64,000 nucleotides of DNA from Amphiscolops sp. MND2022. Taxonomy: Eukaryota. The DNA lies in NCBI GenBank assembly GCA_964187785.1, contig OZ076414.1, positions 62,001 to 126,000 on the forward strand. The letters are read 5' to 3'. The notes beneath the pieces were generated by a model. It saw only the letters and a program-made list of their open reading frames with translations, was not told the origin of the DNA and did not search any database. This document shows positions 50,297 through 61,754 of the stretch, one piece after another. Position 1 is the first letter of the stretch. Each line of letters starts with the position of its first letter. Both the position numbers and the translations under genes were made by a program.

Positions 50297-50759
50297 TATT
50301 ATGAAATTTTAGTTTACTAAGATATCAGAGGGGAAAGCAAAAAGTTTGAAAATTGAGCTGCTGGGTACTGCAAGAGTAATCGGTCTAGAATAATGAGGAA
50401 TTTTTTTTGGATTGTTTGAGCTGCTGGTTATTGCGAGAGTAATCAGTCTAAATGATGGAAGAATTGATTTTGAATTGTTTGAGCTGCTGGTTATTGCGAG
50501 AGTAATCGGTCTAAATGATGGAAGAACTGATTTTGAATTGTGTATTTTTAGTTGTTAAATCAATTGGAAAAAACCGAACTCATTTTTGACGCATATTAAA
50601 CTGCCCATGATGCTGCATTTATTAGAAACGTTTATCTAATTTCTGAATTACATTCAGTCTGTCAAAAAGTACTCAAGTGAAAACTGAGTGCAAAATTAAT
50701 CGATCGCATTTGGTAGCATTTAAAAATTTGATGTTAAGAAGCTGATTATTTTCAATTAA

Positions 50760-53700
50760 GCTTTGACACCCCTTGATTGTATTAGATTTGGTACAATGGG
50801 TTGATTTCAAACTACACGGTGAATTACGCTGTAGAATGAGGGACTAATTACTATATATGGTGTGAAGAATCTATAATTAAATGATTAAACATGCGAGAGT
50901 ACAAATTGAAGGTAGTGGTACACGAATTCGAACTGAACTTGTTCGTTTATTTTTGTGGATTCTTCACAACAGGACTGCTATGAACCTACGTTCGTAAACT
51001 TAGTACAAAAACAGTTTGGTTTTTTGAATGTTTGAATTATCGAATACAAAAATAACGATAACCTATAATTCCATAAACCTTCAACTGAAAATTAAGCTTA
51101 TGGTCCCTAAACAATTGCTCCCGGAGTCGTTACAAAATAATGGGAAGGGTATAAAAAAACTTTATTTGATAAAAGCTTTGTCAAAAATCAATCATCACTC
51201 AGAACAAAATGAAAATAATATACAATTGAACGATCAGAGCAACGGAAGATCAAAGTCGTGTGAGTATTTATTTGTGTGCAATACATCAGCATATAGGGGA
51301 TGGTAGCGCAGTTGATATTTAAGATGGGTATGTAGTGAAGCTAGACGCGTTGTCTACCACCGGATCGATTCTCACATAGACACTGTTTGGCGACTCTATA
51401 CAGACCACTCTGTATTCCCCACATGTCGATTTGGTAAACGACATCGTTCCACTTCACAGCGATTGGACGGCATAATTGAAGATCCAATAAACTGCGCTAC
51501 TGCATCCCTTTTTGATGTGAAAAGGATAAATCAGTTGTTGATCGGTATTTTCCTTTACAGCGATAGGAAGGCACAATTGAAGATCCACTGCATCCAAGGG
51601 TGTTCAATAAATAGTTATGAGTGAGAATAATTGAAATGAATAAAATAAAATAATTTACTTCTACACTCAAATGAACAAAAATAATTATTTTTGAACCTGT
51701 TAAAAGAAAAATAATTATTCTCGAGATAACTAAAACTAACTAAGAACGTTTAATTCAACATATCGTCACCCATATAAATTCGAATATACAGAAATCTTGA
51801 GCTAATTTCCAGCTTGAGCTATAAATTCTTTTGACAAAAAATATTTTTTTCTAATATGAAAATAAAATACTTGATTTTAAGGCAACAAGAATATTCGAAA
51901 AAAGTATTGAACACCCCTGACTGCATCCCTTTTGATGTGAAAAAAAAGTTGATCGTGGTTATTTTCTTTCACAGCAATAGGAAGGCACTTTTGAAGATCC
52001 ACTGCATCCCTTTTTGATGTGATGCATCCCCATTCGTTATTTTTCACTGCGATACGAAGGCAAAATTGAAGGTTCAATACGCCACAGCATCCTTTTTTGA
52101 TGATGAAAACAGTGATGTCCATGTTCCATAACTAAAAAGAAATGAAAACTATTAAATCTGTAAACTGGGTATACTGAATTGATTTCAAATTTTGCGGCGA
52201 ATTGCGCAGTAGAATCGAGGAACTAATTACTATACATGGTAGGAAGAATCTATAATTGGATAATAAAACATGCGAGCGTGTAAATAGAAAGTTATGGTCC
52301 ACGAGTTCAAACCAAATTTGTTCGTTCATTTTTGTGGATTCTTCACAACAATAGGAAAGCTATGAACCTACGTTCGTAAACTCCGTACAAAAACGGTTTG
52401 AATTTATGTGTATTTGAATTATCGAATTACAAAATTAATGGTAACCTATGATTGCATCAACCTTCAACTGAAAACTAAGAATATGGTCCCTAAACAATTG
52501 CTCCCGGAGTCGTTACAAAATATTGGGAAGGATCATTTTTGCATCGAAAAAAATGAACTGATCGAACTCCACTAAAACGTACGAAAAAGCCACAAAATTA
52601 CCTGACATCACGTATTCGGAAGGATCCAAGACACAGCCTTTTTTCTCAACTTCTTCAATGTATGTCGCCTTACTAAGTATGGTTTTGAAAAGCTATCAAT
52701 CAAAAAAAATATTCTTTGATAAAAGAGGTTGTTATCAATCAATCATTACTTAGACCAAAGTAAGAATAGTATACAATTGAGCAATCAAATTCGTGTTAGT
52801 ATTTATTTGTGTGCGATACAACGGCATATAGGGGATGGTAGCGCAGTTGATATTTCACATGAGTATGCAGTGAAGCTAGACGCGTTGTCTACCACCGGAT
52901 CGAACCTCACATATACACTCTTTGGCGACTCTATACAGACCATCGTTTCACTTCACAGCGATTGGAAGGCATAATTGTAGATCCAATGAGCTCAACTGCG
53001 CTACTGCATCCCTTTTTGATGTGAAAAGGATAAATCAGTTGTTGATCGTTATTTTCCTTTACAGCGATAGGAAGGCACAATTGAAGATCCACTGCATCCA
53101 GGGGTGTTCAATAAACAACTTTACCTAAGAATAATTGAAATGAAAAAAATAAAATAATTTACTTCTACCCTTAAATGAACAAAAATAGTTATTTTTGAAC
53201 CTGTTAAAAGAAAAACAATTATTCTTGAGCTAACAAAACTAACTAGGAACGTTCAATTCAACATATCGTCAGCCAATTAAATTCGAACATACAGAAACAG
53301 CTTTTGTTGATATCCGTTTTTCGCTGAGAATAAAAATATTTCTTTTAACAAAAAAAATAATGAAATCGTTTGTTTTTTCACTATGAAAATAAAATAATTT
53401 AATTTTAGGCAACGATAATTATCGAATAAAATATTGAACACTCCTGACTGCATCCGTTTTTGATGTAGAAAAAGATCAGTTGTAAATTTCCTTCACAGCG
53501 ATAGAAGGCACTTTTGAAGATCCACTGCATCACTTTCTGATCTGCAAAAAGATCAGTTCTTTGTTGGTGCTTTTCACAGCGATAGGAAGTCATTTTAGAA
53601 GATCCACCGCATCTTTTGATGTGGAGAAAGATCAGTTGATCCTTGTTAATTTCTCTCACAGCGAGAGGAAGGCACTTTTGAAGATCCACTGCATCCCTTT

Positions 53701-53900
53701 TTGATCTGAAAAAAGATCAGTTGATTGTTGGTACTTCTCAATAAGATAATAAATGCGATATAATTGGATAATAAAACATGCGAGAGTGTAAATCGAGAGT
53801 ATTGGTCCACGAATTCAAAACAAATTTGTTCGTTCATTTTTGTGGATTCTTCACAACAATAGGACTGCTATGAACATACCTTTTAAAACCTCATGCAAAA
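50760..53900. repeat. Mosaic of internal duplications in element B
   Basis: 50.9-51.75 kb resembles 52.2-53.3 kb; recurrent TTTTGTGGATTCTTCACAACA and CCACTGCATCCCTTTTTGATG blocks. Confidence 0.85.
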
Positions 53901-54711
53901 ATGGTTTGCAATTTTGATTCAATTGAAAAAAACATGAAAAAATACATTGCAATTTTGTAACTAATGAAAAAATACAATGATCTTTGTAATCGCGTTGCCT
54001 AAGCTCGGTAAAAAGAATTTTCGAGTGGTAACTGTATCTTCAATTATCTTGGAACATATGGTACTGTTCGATCTCTTAGTTGAACAATTTGGGACCATGT
54101 GTTCAATTCCCCCCCAGGTACACCTTGCTGCGAATTCCCCCCCCCCCCGAACACGAAAACACATTTTGTTCTTGAATAAAAATATCTCACTAGTAAGAGA
54201 ATATTATATGAAAGTATATACTCAGAGGGTTGCCTCTACAACTGTTTGGACACTTCAGGTAAAAAAATTACCAAAATGTTTTGATATTATTATCCAAAAT
54301 AGCAGAAATTTGCGTTTTAAACAAACTAAAATTGTATAAAAAAGCCCCGAATTCAGCCCAAATTTTGTCCGCTATAAAATCAAATTAGCAATTTTTAAAT
54401 GACAGTCAATGTAATGGATAGGATTATGTCGACATCATTTATTATATTGGACCAAAATTTCAACGCAAACTATGTCGACATAATGGTTTTTGAACCTTCT
54501 GTCTTATTTCCTCCCCCCCGCCGCAGTCTGAGGAGGGGGGAATTGAACACATGGTCCACAATTTGTTCAACTAGGCAGGTATCTTGTCAACCTATTGTTG
54601 ATCATTGTTCTTTTAACCGCTACCACATTCCCCCGCCGGCAATTGACGGTTGGGAATTTCCATTAATATACTAATACAAGTAGTAAAAAGAACAACTAAA
54701 TTTGTTTACGT

Positions 54712-55326
54712 TTATTTGGTACAGTTGAAGTCATGCGCTGATGGAGCAATGGCAATGACGTCCCTGTACTTCATGAAATCAGACTGCAGCCAAGGCCTGA
54801 CTTCGAAAGAGCGCGTGGTGAACTTTTTTTCTGTAAGGCTCCATTCTGAAACAGTAACATGCAGTCGTAACATCTTGGAGCAAGTGTCTACGGGAGGGGA
54901 ACCATTGGATGACTTGGAAATTCGGGAGCATACAAATTGAAAGAAGATTTTTTTGAATGCAGATTTTGGACAACGATTACTTTGAAGGTGCAACTTCCTT
55001 TGAATGCAAAGGTACCATTTTATTCAAAACCAATTACCTCTTCGGTGGGTTCGGAGCGGCTGCGGAGTGGCTGCAATCTCTCGAGTGACCAAGGTGAGAC
55101 TGTCTACGGCCTCGCAGAGATCTTCTTCATCATACGGTGGCTGGTTGCATGGGGGGATGGCTGGTTGGAAATTGGAACCGACCATGATCATCGGTTTTCG
55201 ATTCAAGACGGGGGCCAAGTTCGTTTTCTTCAGGGAGACGGTCAAGAAACTTCCTCCTGAATATCGTTCCTTGCTTGGCTCCTCGTCGAACACAGCCATG
55301 TTGAAGGCAGGGAACACCTGTAACAA
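54712..55326 (-). CDS. Unassigned coding segments downstream of the JmjC exons (C-terminal exons or a separate gene)
   Basis: Two GC-richer open frames (55024-55326, 54712-54993) in an AT-rich background; no motif recognised. Confidence 0.4.
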
Positions 55327-55425
55327 ACACTTTTATCTTAACAATTTTATTGGGACCTAAATACTATTGAGATACTGTCAGGATACAAATCTACCCCTCG
55401 TAAAATTTATCAATTTTGGGATTGC

Positions 55426-58414
55426 TCACAACAACAAAACAACGAGCATGTTTGTTAGACTACTTACTTCTGTAGTGGAGGCTTCTCCGTTCTTCATGTG
55501 TTCTGCTACTTTTTGGAAGAGGTGCCTGTACTCATCACCCAAGTAGTTGGGGCGCAGCTTGCGGTAGTTGTACAGCAACACACTCCACACTGTCGTCAAA
55601 TCGGGATATCTGGAATACATAAATATTATACTCAAGGTAACAATTTACAAGAGAACAATTGGTGGAGGGGTATTAGATGTGACACTTATAATGTTCTATT
55701 GAGTATGCATTAATATTTCCCAACTTCAAACTTATGTTCCCTGACAAATTGCTCCCGGAGTCGTTACAAACTTTCGTGGATGATTGTTTTGAATTGTTCC
55801 CCAAAGATGCTCCCGGATTCGTTAAAAATATTGGCAAAGGTTGTGTCTTCTATAACATTTTGAATTGATTGCCGAACATGCTCCCGGAGTCGTTACAAAA
55901 TAAAAAGAGGAGGTGTTTCTGCATTGTTTAATGTCCTTCACTTTCTCGTTTCAGCTATATAGATGGTAGAGGAAGTATAGTGATGTTGTATATTTTCTAT
56001 ATAAAAAACTTTACCGTGTATCTTCTTTAATGTCGAAGTGGGCATCCACAATTAGTCTACTGTGCCCAAAACTCAGGAAATTAGCACCGAGTGCAATTGA
56101 GTCGCCGTGGGTAAGGACACAGTGAATCCACTTTGAAGGCAGAACAATGGCATCACCTGCCCTTGCATGGATCCTGTGACAGCCCCCCTCTAACGTCTGC
56201 AGGTCTCCAAATGATGTTGTTCTAAATATCACACATAAAAAACACAAATGAGGGGTTTTGATAGAATTCAGTTGAGTGTTTATTTTCAGCATTACCCGAA
56301 AAATGACAATTTTTTTCCAAAGAGATTGTCTACTTTCTATACACTAAACGAACATAGACTTTAGGGAAATGACGTGAAGGAGGATGTTTATACTTACAGG
56401 CTGCGAGGGTCTTTCTCACTGTACTGCTGAAAGAGTTGCAAGTTCTTCTTTGTTGGCTCAACAAGCCAGAAGATTTTCTCACCGAGCAGTACCACGTAGA
56501 AAACTGACGTGCTTGCGAAATCAATGTGCCACGGGGTGACACATTTGTCGTTGGATAGCAGCAGGTAGTTCCACGTGCTCTCCGTCAAGTACCCATCGCT
56601 CTGAGAACCTGCCAGATTTGACTCAACATAGCGGTCGATTGCGGCATTTCGTACCGCAGTAGGTGGTGAAAACATCTAAAAACGAAGGTACTTAAACTAC
56701 TTAAAATGTGAAAGTTGCTTTCTTATATCTTAAGAAGAAAATTTCGCAGAGTCGTTTACATATGGGAACTGGGCACCTATAAAATTTGTCAGTGACTTTC
56801 AAAGGTGTTTAAAAGTTATTTTTTCTTCACTTTACTGTTTAACTAGTTTCGATTTTATCTAAATATCTCATTACCGCATGTTGAAGGGTGGCATCTAGCA
56901 CGTTGACAGGAAAGAGTCCTTCACGGGCTGCTTCTGGGCCGGAACGCTGTTCCGCCAGATACTCCTCTCTGGTCAAACTTCGTATCTGCAAATACATTTT
57001 GTACTCTAGTTCAAATGATTTTTTGTTGAATGTGAAAACGCAGTAGAATTGAGACAATAGTGACTAAATGTTGCGAAGAATCTACCACTGGATAATAAAA
57101 CATTGAAAATTTAATTTGATGGTAGTTGTCCATGATATTTCACAACGATACAAATGAAAACTTATGCGGATTCTTCACAGCGATAAATATACGCGTTTGT
57201 GTGCGTGCTCTTAAATCCAGGAAAGTTTTTCTGTAAACCAACCGCACTTTATAGTTTAAAATCTCACCTCGTTCACTCTGGCCGACTTTGCAGAAATGGG
57301 GACATCCGGGTTGGCAACATGCTGCAACAAATGTCCTGCTAGAGGCAGAAACTGAGTTGCCTTGTCCTCCGGAACATGGGGTATGACGAGGCCTTCTGCG
57401 TTGTCCCTTGCACCTCTCCACAAGATGGGGAAACCATGGGCCAAATAACAGAAGACTTTCTTCGTCTGATCTTCCACGGCCCCATTCCAAACAACGCACT
57501 TTGGGACGGTGCTCTGACGCGTCCCCTCGATGTGCTCGTAGTACCTAAGAACAAAAAACAACTACTTTTTTTCCTAGTACAATTAAAGGTCTTTATTATT
57601 CTGGCACGGATTAAATATTCATCTTTATCTACTTATAGGTATGAAAAGGAATTTGACATCTGTTGTATTCTGGTAAGGTCAGCTATAGTTTTAACAAAAA
57701 AAGTATTCTATTTGACTTTCATTTCTTTCAAACTTGCAATAACATATTATGCCAAATAATACTTGAGTACTCTATGTATTCTGTAGCATAGCTATCAACT
57801 CGAATTTCCCTCACCTGTAAGTGCCGTCCTTAGCCGATTTTCTGGGGAACCGGTAGAAGTTCATGTCCTTGAACCTGTGATTCGGCACTCGCTCCAGATG
57901 GCGCAGCAGATTGCTCCGGGAAGAAACCTGCTGTTCACAGCCCTCACAGCTTGTTGGCTTGAGTTTCCCCGTTACAGTCTCTGGAATAAAAGAAAAACTT
58001 CAAAACAACTTCAAAACATGGGCGTTACGTTTCTATACCGCAAGCACAACTATCAAACTATCATTAGTTTCTCAAAAGTGTAAAAGATACTTGTAACCAT
58101 ATATAGCAAGACCGTTTCTCTAGGCAGGTTTGTAATGACATCGGTAACTTACTGTATTTCTTCAGAGCTGGGGAAAGACCTTGAGCCAATTCACTCGCCC
58201 TCTTGGCACAGCTCTGGGTCTGCTGATGACGTTTGAGGGCATCTTTTGTCGACACAGGTTGTAGACACAGGTTGCAAGTGAAGCTACCACTTCCGCTGGC
58301 CACCTCCGGCACCGGCTTGGATCCTTCGCATTTTTGGACGTGTCTGTTGTAATTGAACAACCTGGTCGACTCATAAGGGCACTTCGGACACTTCATCTGG
58401 GGTTTTGGCGGCAT
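55426..58414 (-). CDS. Multi-exon zinc-finger + JmjC protein, KDM2/KDM7 type (element B)
   Basis: ATG 58414; exon 1 has two C2H2/C2HC-like fingers (CPKC...H, CNLC...H). GFPILWRG...GLVIP (57256-57561); FPVNVLDA (56839-57057); TPWHIDFASTSVFYVVLLGEKIFWLVEPT (56394-56675); VLPSKWIHCVLTHGDSIALGANFL (56011-56220). Confidence 0.87.
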
Positions 58415-59967
58415 TTTCTGTTTTATGAAAAAAATTATTTTAGTTTTTTTTAATTTGTTTCCTTATGATCTGTTTCCATATTTCCTTACATTTATCGCGC
58501 TCATGGAGCCGTTACAACCTCCTGGCTAAACATTAACTTGTTGTTCTCTATCCGTTGCGCTCTTGGAGTTGTTACATCAAACTAAACATTTGTTTTTAGT
58601 CCTGTTGTCATCCTGCTCATGGAGTCGTTACGAGGGATTCTCAAATAACATATGAGCAATTAGCATAAAAAATAGTTTCAAATAACATAAAATTGAAATG
58701 GGTTTCACTGAACATAAAAAGAAAATTGTTTACGAGAAAGTTTCAGTGGTCAAAAGCATTCACAAATCAAAAGACTCCCTGAAAAAAGTGTGGAAATTAC
58801 AGAATAAATTTTCTGAGTTCGATTGTTTAACCGGGTATTCGGATTTATTTTTATTTGAAACTAATTTCATTTTTATGTTGTTTGACTCTAATTTTGTTTT
58901 TATGCTATTTGCACTTATGCTATTTGGTACGTAATCGTTATTTGAAACTAATTTCTTTTTGTACTGTTATTTGTTCATGTTATTTGCACCTATTTTCTAA
59001 ACACTTGTGTTATATCTTCTTTTCATCGCGCTCATGGAGTCGTTACATCTGACTAAATGTTTTTTCATGTCCTATATTCATCGCGCTCATGGAGTTGTTA
59101 CAAATGACTAAATGTTTTTTAAACTGGAACAGCTGCAAATTTTGGGACGGCAAAGCTTAAATTGTACCAAAAATAAAACACTTGACTTACCTTACTCGAA
59201 GATTGAATTTGATTGTTCAAATTGAAGTTCTGCAGTCTTCTTGTTGTGTTCAGATTGACGACTGATTGCAAGCAGCAATGTTTGTTAAATAACGTTATTG
59301 AATAAAGCGAGGGATTCCGAACACCAATTTCTGCGCGTCATGGTCACGTGACAAAAAGTTCATCTAATTCCAAGTACATGTAACGATTTTGGATCAAGCG
59401 AGGTATTTTGTTTACGTGACTTACTAAATTCTGCGAGTCATGGTCACGTGATAGAAGGAAGAATAAGAATAAGAATGAAATTTTAAAGATTTGTAGAGAT
59501 TTTAGAGATTTCTATAGAGCGAGGGAAGAAATGAGTGAAAAAATGAATGAATTCACGAAGAAATTTCAATTTCGTAAATCCTTTTACGAACCATGTCGGG
59601 ACTGAACGAAATTTTCATCGACCGGAACCAAAAGAACTGCTGTGACGTCATAGGTATATGTATTGCATTAACTGTAGTTAACGAATGACTTCGTTCGCTC
59701 ACAACAATACAATCTATTTGAACGCTCCTGCAGTTGTTACAAAAATAACACTTTTTAGAAATGTTTTAGTTTTAAACTGGTAAATGTTTTAGTAATAAAT
59801 ACTATAGGAATGTTTCATTACAATAGGCTTTTTTAAAGTTGGCAAAAAGGGGGGGGTATCTATTTTGAACATTCTACCTAAACGCTCCTGGAGTCGTTAC
59901 AAAATTATTTGTTTCATTACAAATTTGTATTTATTTTAAACATTTTACTTAAACACTCCTGGAGTCG

Positions 59968-60318
59968 TTACAAATTTTTTATGATCAGAGAGAGTTTACG
60001 CAATTTGTTATACAGGGCAACGTATTTTTTACATGTAATAATACGCGCACAAAACTTTATATATGTGTCCAATGTAACGGCATAATGGGGGGTGGCGCAG
60101 TTGATAGTTCCCGTGGGTATGTATTGGAGCTTGATGCGTTGTCTACCACTTGTTCGATCCCCACCCATAAACTTCCAGGTGATTCGATGCAGACTACTCT
60201 GCATTCCCTCCTCCACTGTATTGATTGAGCAGAAGAGTGTGTTCCGCTTCACAATGATAGCAAGAGCCCGCATGGAAGAATCACTGAGCCACTGCATCCC
60301 TTTTGATGCACGGGACAA
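59968..60318 (-). CDS. Unknown 116-aa ORF near the right end of element B, with decayed internal copies
   Basis: Open frame ...SGRQRIKLQYIPTGTINCAT...; similar DNA at ~51290-51400 and ~52825-52940 translates to a stop-containing version. Confidence 0.4.
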   Translation of the reverse strand: MSRASKGMQWLSDSSMRALAIIVKRNTLFCSINTVEEGMQSSLHRITWKFMGGDRTSGRQRIKLQYIPTGTINCATPHYAVTLDTYIKFCARIITCKKYVALYNKLRKLSLIIKNL

Positions 60319-60499
60319 ATAGAAATAGTTTTTTTATTTTGACAAACATGGGGGGTATTTATTTGAAACTTTCTACTTAAACAATTCTGAAGGCGTTACA
60401 AAATCATTTGAACCATTACACTTTATAGGAAGTTTTTAGACGGCAAACAGGGGATTTATATTCTGAAAACCATTTCAAAATATTCAACAAAATAATTCA

Positions 60500-60860
60500 T
60501 ATACAAACGGAAGGATCCACAAATTAATTTTCTTTCGTTGAATTATTTTTGGTTGTGAATTATTGGTTGTGAATTATTGGTGATGAATTAATATTGGTAT
60601 TTCGGTGAATTCATACGAAACGAAGAATCCACAAAAATATAGTACCTCCAATAAGTGACCTAATTAACGAAGAACCCACGCCAACTAATAATTGCTTAGT
60701 GAAGAATCCACACATTTTCAAGAAACGAGAGAAATTTCATTTTGGCGATTCTTCGCAGGTTACACACGTTTTTAGTGCAAGAATCCAGAAAAATATTTCA
60801 CTCCACTTTTGTCAATTCTTGAAACGCATGTGTTATAATGCAGTTCAAGAATCCACATAA
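60500..60860. repeat. Right subterminal motif cluster of element B (GAAGAATCCAC)
   Basis: Copies at ~60622, 60669, 60701, 60779, 60846; largely inverted relative to the left cluster. Confidence 0.75.
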
Positions 60861-60891
60861 GACTACAACAGATTTGTTGCAGTCACCATTT

Positions 60892-60913
60892 TTCCCCGAT
60901 TGGCGTCGTAATG
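60892..60913 (-). repeat. Right TIR of element B
   Basis: TTCCCCGATTGGCGTCGTAATG, reverse complement of 21308-21329. Confidence 0.97.
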
Positions 60914-61754
60914 TTTTCTTGCCACAAGTTTCGCACAGGTTGGCTATTTTATTCGGCACCCTGTTACCTCTGTTCCTCGCTTCACCGGCTGGTTTTCGGC
61001 AATTCTTGATGACGTGGCCAGAGTGTCCACATCCGTAGCACGGGCCTGCAGGTTTGGGTGGGGTTGGGGCTTGTTGTTGTTCCTGTGCGTCGATTTGATG
61101 TATTCCAGTGATAGTGTTTTCGATGGGAGCTGACAATCCATTTAGTTCCACCTCCTTTTCCAGGTGTTGGACCATTGTGTCGTAGTACTCAGTTTCTAAC
61201 CTGGCTTGGTTGAGAACTCTCTTCAGGTGAATGGCCATCTTTGCATAGAAAGATATTTCGATGAATTTCGGGGCGTCATCTCCGTATGCTTCCTGGGCTA
61301 ACTTTTGGTACTGTTCCAAGAAGTCTGAATGGATCTAATTGGAGTTGTTCCCATTTGCTGCGTGCTGTTGCCATGGATCGCGGGCGTACGTGCCTTCGCC
61401 TGAATCGTTGAGATGATGACTTCAAGGCTGGCTCGGTTTGTGTCAGTCATGTTTCGGTATGTTTGGAGAGAATGAAAGTAGTGGATTTGTTCTTTCTCGG
61501 AGATGTTGGGGTAAACTTTGAGACTCGGCAAGAAAAGGTCTTCAAAGTGTTCGAATTTGTCATTACGTCCATTGAATGTGGGTATGGTTGTAAACAGTGC
61601 CTTGGGTAGTCTGGGAAGTCCGATGTTTTGTTGTGTGACGTTTCGAAGTGATTCGAGTAGATTGTCAACTATGTGATCTGGATATTCGTGATTGGGGGTG
61701 GCAGGCTTGATGAGCGTGGCGGTTTTTCAGGTTGAGTCGAAACTCTTGTCACCA
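60914..61754 (-). pseudogene. 5' part of Gypsy-2 gag with CCHC zinc knuckles
   Basis: LPRLPKALFTTIPTFNG...; CYGCGHSGHVIKNC; second knuckle CETCGKK is cut at 60914 and continues at 21305. Confidence 0.92.
61741..61754 (-). other. Candidate tRNA primer-binding site (TGGTGACAAGAGTT)
   Basis: TGG directly follows the ..CA end of the LTR-like repeat on the minus strand; cognate tRNA not identified. Confidence 0.5.

Larger units (their letters stand above)
21308..60913 (+). mobile_element. Outer giant TIR DNA transposon (element B): 39,606 bp including the nested element, ~20.2 kb of its own sequence
   Basis: Perfect 22-bp TIRs (21308-21329 / 60892-60913) and TT on both flanks. Removing it and one TT restores the gag knuckle CETCGKKSHTTQD[C>stop]. 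Contains a DDE transposase gene. Confidence 0.95.

Noticed and set aside
41910-58414. Simple segmental duplication of a host chromatin-gene cluster
   Set aside because: Each gene set lies within its own TIR/TSD pair, the DNA is not alignable by eye, the order differs, and the whole block sits inside a retrotransposon gag.
21340-60824. 20-bp inverted repeat 21340-21359 / 60805-60824 as the element termini
   Set aside because: It lies inside the true TIRs, has no TSD, and does not restore the gag frame; treated as subterminal.
21308-60913. Endogenous virus or Polinton/Maverick as the source of the SET/JmjC genes
   Set aside because: No polymerase, capsid, ATPase or retroviral-type integrase; the genes have spliceosomal introns and the ends are short TIRs with 2-bp TSDs.
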